From a virus, in the IMG/VR virus record IMGVR_UViG_3300023174_000052, positions 1 to 64,000 of that record: a stretch of 64,000 nt of DNA; one strand, 5' to 3'. The notes under the pieces are model-generated. The model saw only the letters and a program-made list of their open reading frames with translations, did no database searches and had not been told where the DNA came from. Position numbers and translations under genes: made by a program. The stretch's first letter is position 1. Every line of letters starts with the position of its first letter. Shown in pieces: positions 35,818 to 45,164 of this stretch.

Positions 35818-36311
35818 CGACGGCTCCTGAATTGATTGACCACGAATTCTAATCCTTCGTCATCTGGTTTTATTACGAACTTATCGATTTTAAGAGTAGG
35901 ATACACTTCTCGATAGAGTTCTTTAACCTTCTCGTTCTGTTCCTTTGTCACCGTCTCTTCTCGTTCAATCCACGGGCGATTTAATTCCAGGATGATAGCG
36001 AAATAACCAAGTTCATTGAATCGATTTTCAATCTTCGTTTGAATTTCTTCTGTGATGTTATTCCTATTGAACAACCGACCGTAAACTAATTCTGAAATGT
36101 AAGACCGGTCGTATAGAAAAGGACCGGGTCGTCGGTCAATGTCATAGAAGTATCCGGAGAAGTAATCGAACCTTCCATTGACGAACCCGTAACCCTTATG
36201 CATGTGGATTACTTCGACGCCCAGCATTTTGTTTAATCGTTCACAAAACGTCGACTTACCCTGTTGTTCTGCGCCTTCTATGATGATACCACCAGTCTTT
36301 AACATTTCCAT
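35814..36311 (-). CDS. P-loop nucleotide monophosphate kinase (dTMP kinase-like)
   Basis: IIIEG....GKST, YDRS..SE.VYG. Confidence 0.85.
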   Translation of the reverse strand: MEMLKTGGIIIEGAEQQGKSTFCERLNKMLGVEVIHMHKGYGFVNGRFDYFSGYFYDIDRRPGPFLYDRSYISELVYGRLFNRNNITEEIQTKIENRFNELGYFAIILELNRPWIEREETVTKEQNEKVKELYREVYPTLKIDKFVIKPDDEGLEFVVNQFRSRR

Positions 36312-36322
36312 CTCCTGCTGTC

Positions 36323-36356
36323 TTTATACCACGTTGTTTCTATTTTGAACACAGAC
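36323..36356 (-). promoter_or_regulatory. class A promoter GTCTGTGTT-N16-TGGTATAAA driving the nucleotide operon
   Basis: intergenic, just upstream of SD AGGAG. Confidence 0.65.
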
Positions 36357-36366
36357 TTTTTGTTTT

Positions 36367-39300
36367 TTACGCGAGGATTTTTAACGCTCGCCACCTCGTC
36401 GAACAACCGAAGTCAGACGGTTCAAGTTCGGCGACGCAGAAAGAATATCGAGCCAATTCAGTGCCAGGCCAGTTCCAGCAATACATCTTCTTCGTCGTGC
36501 CAGATTCGCCCATAGCGTTAATGAGCAAGTATTCTTTTCCACCCTTCGTTTTCTTGGGTGTCGCATTCTCTACGATGAACCAATACAGATCAGCTCCGGA
36601 TTCTGCCAACGCATCGATTGAGCCTACGCCCTTCTCTGCGAGTTTGCGAGTAGTATCCTGGGATACAATGATCGACGGGTCGAAAGAACCGAGAAGCTCG
36701 AGACTATTCTGGACCAATTGCTGCGATGACCATTCAGGAGTCCCGACTGATTCCAGAGCCATTTCCTTGAGTCGACGAGGACCACGGTTGGGATCGGTCT
36801 TCAACTTTTTCTTTAGATCGTCCCAATTATTGACGACGACATCTAACATCGCCTGATAACTCGGGAACAACCTGCCGGGACCGACACAATCCATAGATTC
36901 AAATGCTCGAATCTTGACAAGACTTTCCATTGCCCGTTTATTGAATTTAGACCAACGCCATTCTCCGTTGTCGTCCCACAGGAACGATTCGATATTATTG
37001 AACGGACGCTTTGAGATGAGTTCATTAACTGCGATTTCACCGACACCCTTACAGGATAGGAAAGACGGCATAAACTTCTTTCCAGGCAAAATCGTCCAGG
37101 ACGACGTAGCCTGATTCACATCGATGGGAACAATAGAGTATCCAAGTCCCTTGATTTCATTAGCAGCCTTCGCTCGGTCCTTCGGGTCACCAGACATCGA
37201 CTCGAGGTAAGCGCAGAGCCATTCCTCTTCGAAGTAAGTAAGTAGCCAAGCACACTGATAAGAAACCATGGAGTAAGCTACTGCATGTGATGCGTTGAAC
37301 CCGTAACCACTGAAGAATAGAATCTTTTCGAAGAGTTCATCTGCGACTCGAGCTGGTACTCCGTTGTTAACAGAACCATCTACGAATTGCTTCTTGAGCG
37401 CGATAGCTTCGGCCTTTTGAGCCTCTGCCTTTGCTGCCGTTCGCTTTAGTAGAGCTCGACGAATCTGGTCACACTCTCGCTGCGGGAATCCTGCGACTAC
37501 GTTACAAAGCTGCATGATCTGTTCCTGGAAAACGATCGCACCGAAAGTAGGTTCCAGGACTTGTTTGATGAGCGGATGATGATAGTTTACGGCCTCTGGA
37601 TTAGACTTCGCTTCGTTATAGATTTTATCTACACCTGCCGCCAAAGGTCCAGGTCGATAGATAGAAGTAAGAGCTGCAAGGTCGACGACGCTCTTCGGCT
37701 TACACTTCGTGAATAGTCGTTGAGCACCAGCGTTAACGACCTGGAAGATACCACAATACCTGCCTTCGTGATAAACGTATTCATACACGTGTTGATCTTC
37801 GGTATCGATGACGTCTGGCGCCATGTGATTAGTATACCATTCGCTGACCTGTTCGAACGATGGATTCTCGATACCCTCACGACGTTTGAGGATTAGTTCA
37901 ATTGAACGCTGGATGATTCGAAGAGTCTCGAGACCGAGAAGGTCAAACTTAATCCATCCGAATTCTTCCAAGTGTTTGAAGTTCATGCCTTCGACCCATG
38001 GAGTCTGTTGTTCTCCTCGAGCCATGATAAGTGGCATGCGTGCATCTACATTCTCTGATACGATGACACCACCAGCATGTCGACCAAGAGACTTGTTCTG
38101 TTTGAAGAGAACGTCAATTGGTTCAACAAGTTCAGGATGCCGTTCCATGAATTCCCTGAATGGTTGGCAGTGTTCGAGCGCATCTTCATAACGGAGAACG
38201 AACATGTTTTTATCGTCGCCCTGTTTATGAATCGCTCGCATTACATCTTTCTCTACAGACTTTAGACCTTCGTTAACTTCGTCAAGTGGAATCCCATAGA
38301 ATCGTCCGACGTCTCGAATAAGAGTCTTCAATTTGAATGTGTTATAGTTCGAGATGGGAACGATGTTATCGTCTCCGAATGTTTCCCGTAGCATACCAAG
38401 AAGCATTTCGCGGTCGCCGATATCGACGTCGATGTCAGGATATCCTTCTCGGAACTCAGACAAGAATCGAGCGAAAAGCAGGTTATATTTGATCGGGTCG
38501 ATATCGGTAATATTCAGGACGTAATTAACAAGAGAACCACCACCAGATCCTCGACCCGGGCCGATGAACATGCGAGTACGAGCGACGTCGAGAATAGCCT
38601 TCATCGTCAAGAAGTATTCGCAGAAGTTCTTGTTCTTGATGACTTGGAGTTCTTCCTTGAGTCGTTCGACATATTCTGGCTTATCTGCGAGTCCACGAGC
38701 AATCAAACCTTTCTTGCACTCATCGACCAGCGCCTTGACTGCTGTCTTCCCCTCGGGAATGACATAACTCGGAAGCTTCATCGTCCGGTCAGGTTTGATT
38801 TCTCCAATGAGATTGTGAGCGATGTCGTGTGGTCGTTCGATTGCGTCTCGAACCACTTCGATGTTTTCAAGGTAGAAAGGATGAATTTGAGCAGACTTTT
38901 CTACTTCTTCCCAAACTTGGTCGGCGTTCTTCGGGTATAGTTCACACTTCAGCTCGTCGACAGACTTAGGAAGAGAGTCAGGATTGATTTCTTCGTAGTT
39001 CAACCACCCCAGCTTCTTATAGAGTTCGCGTTGTTTCCATTGAGCAGGCCGAGGATAGTGCGAATCGCAAGTAACAACCATCTTATCGGTCAGGCCAGAT
39101 TTCTTGGCGAACTCGATGAGAGCACGATTCGTTAGGTGCTGTGCGCCGAGTTTATTAAACTGTAGTTCCAAGTAAGCGTTTCCACGACCGACAGCCCATT
39201 CAAGCTTGTCCCATACGTTTCCAATACGAGCCATGACTCGGGAGAGAACACCCGGGTCGTCGAGTAGTTGTGGACCCAACTCATCGAATGCGAGTTGCTG

Positions 39301-40002
39301 GACTTCCTGGAAGATTTCGAAACTCAACATGCCACCGATACAGGCAGTGCTCACAACGAAGTGCTTTTGCTCGCTGTGTTCATGCAACATGTTGAAGTCG
39401 ATTCGAGGGAAACCATAGAATCCCTCTTTATAGCTTCGAGAAACCATGTGAAACAGTCGAGGAAGAGCCTCTGAATTTTTGGGAAGGACGACGAGGTGAT
39501 GCCGTCGTTTGAGAGGATTGAAATACTTCGTCGACTTCGTCTCGTCCTCGTTTTCGATAGTGAACGATGCGTCCTCAGCGTCTACAACGCCCAACCCGAC
39601 AGTCTCGTCGTCTTTATCGGTCTGCGCAACGATGAGTCGCTTGTTCTTTTCCTTCGCCTCTTTAGCAAGTTTCTTCTCTAACTTGCGAGCCTCGGCCTTA
39701 TCTTTGTGTTCGGCGTACTCTTCCTGCCAAGAGTTAAGATCAGGGTGGAGGTATACCTCACAACCAGGAATGAATCGAAAGTTCTTACCAGATTTCTTAA
39801 GCTTTTCAGCATAAACCTGTGCATGCCCGAAAGCATTCATGTGTCCGTGATCGGTGAGAGCCCAACCATCGACACCATTCTCAATACAAAAGTCCATGTG
39901 TTCATTCGGATACCCGAGTCCATCAAATGTACTAAATCCCGAGTGATTATGTAGGGACAAGAACCGTTTTGGTGAAGTGATGCCTTTTAGAATTTCGGAC
40001 AA
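36367..40002 (-). CDS. dnaE: DNA polymerase III alpha subunit (family C) with intact PHP domain
   Basis: HNHS, TDHG, GCE, DSHY, GPGRGS, PDIDVD, RHAGG, KFDLLGL, YRPGP, FQEQ.M, GYGFN.SHA. Confidence 0.97.
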   Translation of the reverse strand: MSEILKGITSPKRFLSLHNHSGFSTFDGLGYPNEHMDFCIENGVDGWALTDHGHMNAFGHAQVYAEKLKKSGKNFRFIPGCEVYLHPDLNSWQEEYAEHKDKAEARKLEKKLAKEAKEKNKRLIVAQTDKDDETVGLGVVDAEDASFTIENEDETKSTKYFNPLKRRHHLVVLPKNSEALPRLFHMVSRSYKEGFYGFPRIDFNMLHEHSEQKHFVVSTACIGGMLSFEIFQEVQQLAFDELGPQLLDDPGVLSRVMARIGNVWDKLEWAVGRGNAYLELQFNKLGAQHLTNRALIEFAKKSGLTDKMVVTCDSHYPRPAQWKQRELYKKLGWLNYEEINPDSLPKSVDELKCELYPKNADQVWEEVEKSAQIHPFYLENIEVVRDAIERPHDIAHNLIGEIKPDRTMKLPSYVIPEGKTAVKALVDECKKGLIARGLADKPEYVERLKEELQVIKNKNFCEYFLTMKAILDVARTRMFIGPGRGSGGGSLVNYVLNITDIDPIKYNLLFARFLSEFREGYPDIDVDIGDREMLLGMLRETFGDDNIVPISNYNTFKLKTLIRDVGRFYGIPLDEVNEGLKSVEKDVMRAIHKQGDDKNMFVLRYEDALEHCQPFREFMERHPELVEPIDVLFKQNKSLGRHAGGVIVSENVDARMPLIMARGEQQTPWVEGMNFKHLEEFGWIKFDLLGLETLRIIQRSIELILKRREGIENPSFEQVSEWYTNHMAPDVIDTEDQHVYEYVYHEGRYCGIFQVVNAGAQRLFTKCKPKSVVDLAALTSIYRPGPLAAGVDKIYNEAKSNPEAVNYHHPLIKQVLEPTFGAIVFQEQIMQLCNVVAGFPQRECDQIRRALLKRTAAKAEAQKAEAIALKKQFVDGSVNNGVPARVADELFEKILFFSGYGFNASHAVAYSMVSYQCAWLLTYFEEEWLCAYLESMSGDPKDRAKAANEIKGLGYSIVPIDVNQATSSWTILPGKKFMPSFLSCKGVGEIAVNELISKRPFNNIESFLWDDNGEWRWSKFNKRAMESLVKIRAFESMDCVGPGRLFPSYQAMLDVVVNNWDDLKKKLKTDPNRGPRRLKEMALESVGTPEWSSQQLVQNSLELLGSFDPSIIVSQDTTRKLAEKGVGSIDALAESGADLYWFIVENATPKKTKGGKEYLLINAMGESGTTKKMYCWNWPGTELARYSFCVAELEPSDFGCSTRWRALKILA

Positions 40003-40026
40003 AAGTGTCTCCCTTGCTCTAAGAAC

Positions 40027-40060
40027 AATGTAACATGGTATCTCGTTTTATAACACAGAC
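40027..40060 (-). promoter_or_regulatory. class A promoter GTCTGTGTT-N16-TGTTACATT upstream of dnaE
   Basis: intergenic; extended -10. Confidence 0.65.
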
Positions 40061-40070
40061 AAAGTGAAAT

Positions 40071-40277
40071 TTATTTCCACTTTTCCACTTCTTCGATTGG
40101 CACGCCCCGAACTATTCGATTGTCGATAAACAAATCGACGACAATCTTTATTTCGTTCCACGGGGGTTTCTCGAAGTATCCTTCTCTCGGGCCTCTAACT
40201 ATAACGCAAGGCTCATTACACGCCCCAATTTCTTCGAGGCGTGTCCACTTAACCAAATCTCCTGGCTTTAGGCTCAC
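40071..40277 (-). CDS. small KOW/SH3-like protein
   Basis: LKPGDLVKW. Confidence 0.7.
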   Translation of the reverse strand: MSLKPGDLVKWTRLEEIGACNEPCVIVRGPREGYFEKPPWNEIKIVVDLFIDNRIVRGVPIEEVEKWK

Positions 40278-40480
40278 CGAGCCTTACGAAGCGACCAATA
40301 AAAAGCTTCGAGGTATACTGTATCGCCCTTGTCGTCTACCTGTACAGCGTGATGTAACTTTGATCTGTCTGCTACCCCGACGCTAAGAGCTGGATGGCCC
40401 GTACCCAGATAAATTCCAGAGTACTTTACATTACCGGAGTCATCGATCGCGTCTACTTTGTCACCTGGTTTAACATTCAT
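40274..40480 (-). CDS. small KOW/SH3-like protein
   Basis: MNVKPGDKVDA..GIYLG. Confidence 0.65.
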   Translation of the reverse strand: MNVKPGDKVDAIDDSGNVKYSGIYLGTGHPALSVGVADRSKLHHAVQVDDKGDTVYLEAFYWSLRKAR

Positions 40481-40482
40481 TT

Positions 40483-40692
40483 TTATTCCTGTAGTAATAA
40501 TTCTATAGCAACGCGAACCGTGGGTATATCTGATTCTTCGCATTCACCATAAGATTTATTCAAGACTTCTCTGACTCTATCCCAAACCCTATATTTCGAT
40601 TCGTCGTAAGTATACCCGCGTCTTAGTAGTTCATCAACAGCGGTTTTAACGTGCTCTTTGATAACCAGAACATTTGGATTCACGGATTCCAT
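40483..40692 (-). CDS. hypothetical protein
   Basis: SD GAGG. Confidence 0.6.
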   Translation of the reverse strand: MESVNPNVLVIKEHVKTAVDELLRRGYTYDESKYRVWDRVREVLNKSYGECEESDIPTVRVAIELLLQE

Positions 40693-40752
40693 ATAGTTGT
40701 ATCCTCGTCTTTTAGATGAGTGCTAATGATTCACTATGCACACTTGAGAGTA

Positions 40753-40986
40753 TCAGCTTGGGTTGTCCCTATACCATTTAATGATATCGAGTATACCCTC
40801 CACTTGGTCGTCGTCGCAGTCTTTGTATGACATGCCTCCCAAGTGATAGCGAAGTCGTTCCCATAAGTGTGCGTGTGAATTTCTAATGGGACGACCTGGT
40901 AAGGATGGTAATTTATCGCTTAAATAATCGCCGGCTTCTTTTATCGATTCCCTGACACGAGTTATCGATTCATCAGATAACGCCAA
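40753..40986 (-). CDS. hypothetical protein
   Basis: RN.HAH.W..SYKDC.D; SD GGAG. Confidence 0.6.
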   Translation of the reverse strand: MALSDESITRVRESIKEAGDYLSDKLPSLPGRPIRNSHAHLWERLRYHLGGMSYKDCDDDQVEGILDIIKWYRDNPS

Positions 40987-40996
40987 TTAAATTCTC

Positions 40997-41812
40997 CTAC
41001 CTCAGTTTTTTCTGAGGTCTTGAACCTATCTTTCGTCTCGTCGCTTCGACTTTTAATCTCTTGACATGCCCTAACTTATTAACGATGTCGAACTCAAGAT
41101 TTTCCTCGAGTTCTTTAACGATTTCTTCCAAAGCTAATTTGGGCGGCGGTACTACATTCATGATTTGACAACATCTGATTAGAATATTAACCCTCTTGTC
41201 CATATCACCGAATGAGTTGCCCCATGCCCAAGCTATTGAACCATGCGTCTTTGATATCGATTCTGTCAATTCTTTTATTTTAGAAGCGAAAGCCTCTTCC
41301 ATCATCTCTGGGTCTGCATCAACGTCAATGTCTAACTCTGCGGCGACTTCTAAAAGCTCAGACCACTTACCCGTCTTAAAAGAATCGGTAGCTTCTATGT
41401 AAAGTGAAGCCAATCTATCCCTTTGAGCGTCAGAAAGTTCTTCGTTTCTATTTAATTTGTCTGGGTGTGTTAACTGGACAACTTGACGATAAGCTTTCTT
41501 GGCCCAAGGAGGAGCCTCGGGTCTCTGTGGGTCAGCTTCTTTCTCAGCCTCTTCAACTATTTTATCTGCATCTTGAGGTGGTGGTTCTGATTGCGGGGGT
41601 GGTGGAGCTTCGTCTTCTTGTTCTTTTTTAGCCGGCGTCGGTCTATGGGCTTCTACTCTTTCTTTTTCTTTGCCATACGATAACAATGCGCTACAAGCTC
41701 GATTAACGTCATGTGCGTAGACAGCCTTACGCTCAAGAACATCGATGTGTTCATCTTTTAAATCCCGTAAACGACGGGCAAGATTACGAGCTCGGCCTGA
41801 CAATCTTACCAA
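40997..41812 (-). CDS. J-domain (DnaJ-like) protein
   Basis: KKAYRQVVQLTHPDK. Confidence 0.75.
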   Translation of the reverse strand: MVRLSGRARNLARRLRDLKDEHIDVLERKAVYAHDVNRACSALLSYGKEKERVEAHRPTPAKKEQEDEAPPPPQSEPPPQDADKIVEEAEKEADPQRPEAPPWAKKAYRQVVQLTHPDKLNRNEELSDAQRDRLASLYIEATDSFKTGKWSELLEVAAELDIDVDADPEMMEEAFASKIKELTESISKTHGSIAWAWGNSFGDMDKRVNILIRCCQIMNVVPPPKLALEEIVKELEENLEFDIVNKLGHVKRLKVEATRRKIGSRPQKKLR

Positions 41813-42039
41813 CCACGCTTATATAATTGCCACAACTCGACTGGCCAAACAAAAGACCAAGGAAGTTCTTTCTTGACTTTCACTCGAATTTCTTTGACTT
41901 CACGCTTCGTTTCGCGAGAACGAGATATGTCTTCGTATCGAACAGAAAATCGATAAGCCGATAATTTTTCAATGACCGATGCCAATATACCAACACCGTA
42001 CAAGCCTGAAACTATGACAACGTAATCTAAAGGTTGCAT
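41806..42039 (-). CDS. small membrane protein
   Basis: N-terminal TM helix; SD GGAGG. Confidence 0.6.
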   Translation of the reverse strand: MQPLDYVVIVSGLYGVGILASVIEKLSAYRFSVRYEDISRSRETKREVKEIRVKVKKELPWSFVWPVELWQLYKRGW

Positions 42040-42079
42040 AAAATATACCTCCACGAATTAAGTATAACGTGATAAGGTA

Positions 42080-42553
42080 TTATTCGTCGTCGCCTGAATC
42101 TTCTAACAATTCTTGGGCAGCTCGTCGAACCGATAGTTTCTCTGGGTGTTTCTTATCTCGATTAGGGTCGGCAGCTCGTTCAATCGCAGCGATTCTCGCT
42201 TTATGGGAACTACCCCTTTCTCCCAACCAATTTGTAATAGACTGGAGTGCGGTGACTCGTTCCTGTAATACTTGGGGTCGTGTTCGCATGCGTTCACCCT
42301 CAGCCTGGGACCAACCGACGAGCCTCTTAAGTACCTCTTCGAAAGCCTTCGCCCGATCTTCTTCTTCAATTTTAAGAAGATTTTCCAAGGATGCTCGTGC
42401 GAAGTTCGATACTTCATTTAGAATTCGTGAAGCTTCGTCTTTTACTACTTCTGCTCGTTTAACTTCGTCAAGTGCAACTTGCAAAGTTTTTTCGATAGTC
42501 GTAGATACCTCTTCAACCTCTGACAGCCTGTTTTCTAATTCGTTCTTTTTCAT
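42080..42553 (-). CDS. coiled-coil protein
   Basis: 157 aa, heptad rich. Confidence 0.65.
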   Translation of the reverse strand: MKKNELENRLSEVEEVSTTIEKTLQVALDEVKRAEVVKDEASRILNEVSNFARASLENLLKIEEEDRAKAFEEVLKRLVGWSQAEGERMRTRPQVLQERVTALQSITNWLGERGSSHKARIAAIERAADPNRDKKHPEKLSVRRAAQELLEDSGDDE

Positions 42554-42597
42554 GAAAAAAATCTAATCGCTACGTTTCAAGTGTTTAATGATTAGAC

Positions 42598-42647
42598 AAA
42601 AAAAGGGCCGGTCACTAAGACCGGCCCAAGGGGGACCCGAAGGTCCC
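42598..42647 (-). terminator. tandem hairpins ending in a rho-independent terminator
   Basis: GGGACC-TTCG-GGTCCC (cUUCGg) then GGGCCGGTC-N5-GACCGGCCC-T7 after the 836-aa gene. Confidence 0.85.
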
Positions 42648-42653
42648 GTTAAA

Positions 42654-45164
42654 TTAGCGAACGACCAACACGATAACGTCGTCGGCGACGAGCGGGAACG
42701 CGAAGGTGATGTTGCCACTGGCTGAGGCGATGTCATAGTCCATTCCTGAACCACCGACCATCAACTGACCGTTGACGTAGACATCGACTTTCGACATCTT
42801 CTTCGCGAGGGTGGCACCAACGAGTTGGGTCCACTTGGTTCCGAAGTCGGCGCTTTCGCCGTCGAAGTGTACGAAGTCAGAAGCGGTGATAGCAGAGCCA
42901 GAAGCGATAGTCGTGCTGACTTCCTTCTTGTACTTGCCACCGGCACCACCAGCGACGAGAGCACCGATGATGGAGACTTCAGCGCCACCGAACGCGGTGG
43001 TTAACTGGGTCCATTCTTCAGCGCTTGACGCGAGCTTGATACCAGCGGTCGGCCATGAAGAACCATCGCGGTAGGAATCCGCGAAGACCATCGCGCCACC
43101 AGCAGACATGCTGAGGTGTGAGGAAGCGGAGACGAATAGAGCGCCACCGGTCTTGAGGAGTGACTGCGCGCCAGCCTTGTCGAGGGTCATGTCGGCGGCG
43201 AAGTATGAAGCGCCGGCAACATCGAGCTGCGCGTCGAGAGTGACATTGCCAACCGCGTGAACGGTCGAAAGCATGTCGACGGAGCCAGTGACGAGCATGG
43301 AGGACTTGAAGTCCGCCGCGCCATCGATGCGGAGGGTGCTGTAGGCGTGGACCGCACCATGTAGGTCGGAAGCGCCCGCGACATCCATCGCGTCGTTGAA
43401 GTCAACCGCACCGTCAGCGCGGAGGGTTGAGTACGCGTAGACTGCGCCATGGAGGTCAGAAGCTAACGCGACGTCTAACGCACCGTTAAGGTCTGCATCA
43501 GAAGCAACCGCGAGGGTTGACTTGAGGTCAGCAGCGCCAGAAACTTCGAGCTGTGCAGCAACGAGGAGCTTGGACTGGTCGAAGGTTAACTTCGCTTCAT
43601 CCTTGATTGAACCATCTTCGTCGACGATGTAGAGGCGTTTTGCAACGTCGCCGTCGATCTTGATGAGTGATGCAGAAACACCAGCGTTCGCGTCAACGAT
43701 ACCATTGAACGCAACGGCACCGGCAACAGTTAGACCAGCCTGGAGGTTGAGGTCGCCCTGGATATCCGCGGCGCCATTGACGTCGAGGTCACCACCGACC
43801 ATCGCGTCGCCAGAGAGGTATAGGTCCTTCCACTGAACCGCAGATGAACCGAGGTCCTTAGAAGCATCGGCTGAAGCGAGGAGGTTCTCAGAGAATACCC
43901 AAGCGTCCTTCGCGTTGTCCCACATGATGGTGTGGTCGGTTGTGCCCTTAAGGGTGATACCACCGCCGTCAGCGGTCGCGTCAGAAGGAGCAGAACCTGA
44001 GATCGCACCGAGCTCGATGTTCTTGTCTTCGACGATGACGGTCTGAACGTTCGCGATGATTTGATCGCCTTGAACGACTAAGTCGCCGGCGATTGAAACG
44101 TTTCCAGAGAACGTGCCATCAACTGCAGATAGGTCACCAGCAGCGGTGACGTCGCCAGTCGCAGCGTCAACAACGAACTTGGTGGTCGCAACCTTGAAGT
44201 CACCACCGACGTCAGCGGCGCCGGACACATCGAGTGTGCCATCGACAGCAAGTTGGTCAGCAGCAAAGGTTAGCTTCGCAGAGTCAACGAGTGCGCCACC
44301 GGTTCCGACGTAAACAACGCGGGTCGCGGTGAGGTCTTCGACGATCGCGGAAGCGAGGGTCGCTTCGCCATCGACTTCGAGAGTGCCGTACGCGTGAACC
44401 GCGCCGTGGAGGTCAGAAGAACCAGAGACGTCTAACGCAGCGTTGAAGTCAACGGCGCCGGCGACTGTGAGGGTGTCCTGAAGGTTGAGAGCGCCTTGGA
44501 TATCAGCCGCGCCATTGACATCGAGGTCGCTAGCAACGTTGAGGTAACCATCGACGTCGAGGGTCATTGAAGAAGAGGTGAACGCGAAACCAGTGATGGT
44601 CTTGAGTTTGCCGTTCTCGTCCGTGAAGACAACTTCCTGAGCGCCGAGCTGGCCGAGGTCGATACCTGCTGAAACGGAGAGAGCGCCGTCAACAGAGAGG
44701 GTCGTGCCGTCCCAGGTAATCTTCGAATCGTTCTTTAGACGACCGATTGAATCGTTGAATACGAGACCGCCTTCAACCGTGAGGTCTTCAACCTTCGCTG
44801 AATCGAGGGTAGCGAGAGCGTCAACTTCGAGGGTCGAGTAAGCGTGGACTGCACCGTGGAGGTCAGACGTTCCCGCGACATCGGCATTGCGATCGATATC
44901 GAGGTCACGGCCACCCTTGATGTCGGATGAAGCAGAGAGAACGCCGATGAACTGCGCAGTATCGTGCACGAACTTACCAGCATCCTGGTTGGTGAACGCT
45001 GCATCACCGTGGATACGCTTGATAGCGCCGGCGAATTGACCGAGGACGCCTTCTAGGTCGATGGCGCTGATATCTGCGGGGGCTGCTTTTGAAGAAGCAA
45101 CGCCGTCAATGGCTGAAAGACTTCCAGTAATAGCGTGAAGTCTCATCTGAGTACGCTGTGCCAT
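42654..45164 (-). CDS. virion fibre-like protein with GDLxVxG/GAxDL repeats
   Basis: 836 aa; VEDKNIELG..GGGI.LKG domain, DLGSS..WKDLYLSG, C-terminal VYVNGQL..DY domain; strongly biased codons. Confidence 0.7.
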   Translation of the reverse strand: MAQRTQMRLHAITGSLSAIDGVASSKAAPADISAIDLEGVLGQFAGAIKRIHGDAAFTNQDAGKFVHDTAQFIGVLSASSDIKGGRDLDIDRNADVAGTSDLHGAVHAYSTLEVDALATLDSAKVEDLTVEGGLVFNDSIGRLKNDSKITWDGTTLSVDGALSVSAGIDLGQLGAQEVVFTDENGKLKTITGFAFTSSSMTLDVDGYLNVASDLDVNGAADIQGALNLQDTLTVAGAVDFNAALDVSGSSDLHGAVHAYGTLEVDGEATLASAIVEDLTATRVVYVGTGGALVDSAKLTFAADQLAVDGTLDVSGAADVGGDFKVATTKFVVDAATGDVTAAGDLSAVDGTFSGNVSIAGDLVVQGDQIIANVQTVIVEDKNIELGAISGSAPSDATADGGGITLKGTTDHTIMWDNAKDAWVFSENLLASADASKDLGSSAVQWKDLYLSGDAMVGGDLDVNGAADIQGDLNLQAGLTVAGAVAFNGIVDANAGVSASLIKIDGDVAKRLYIVDEDGSIKDEAKLTFDQSKLLVAAQLEVSGAADLKSTLAVASDADLNGALDVALASDLHGAVYAYSTLRADGAVDFNDAMDVAGASDLHGAVHAYSTLRIDGAADFKSSMLVTGSVDMLSTVHAVGNVTLDAQLDVAGASYFAADMTLDKAGAQSLLKTGGALFVSASSHLSMSAGGAMVFADSYRDGSSWPTAGIKLASSAEEWTQLTTAFGGAEVSIIGALVAGGAGGKYKKEVSTTIASGSAITASDFVHFDGESADFGTKWTQLVGATLAKKMSKVDVYVNGQLMVGGSGMDYDIASASGNITFAFPLVADDVIVLVVR
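43811..43901. repeat. direct repeat shared with 50301-50391
   Basis: 82/91 nt identical by manual comparison. Confidence 0.85.

Noticed and set aside
39510-39740. Intein in DnaE
   Set aside because: The insertion lacks the Cys/Ser start, His-Asn end and LAGLIDADG motifs and is too short.
42563-42754. 63-aa ORF overlapping the end of the 836-aa gene
   Set aside because: Out of frame within a real gene and runs through its terminator hairpins.
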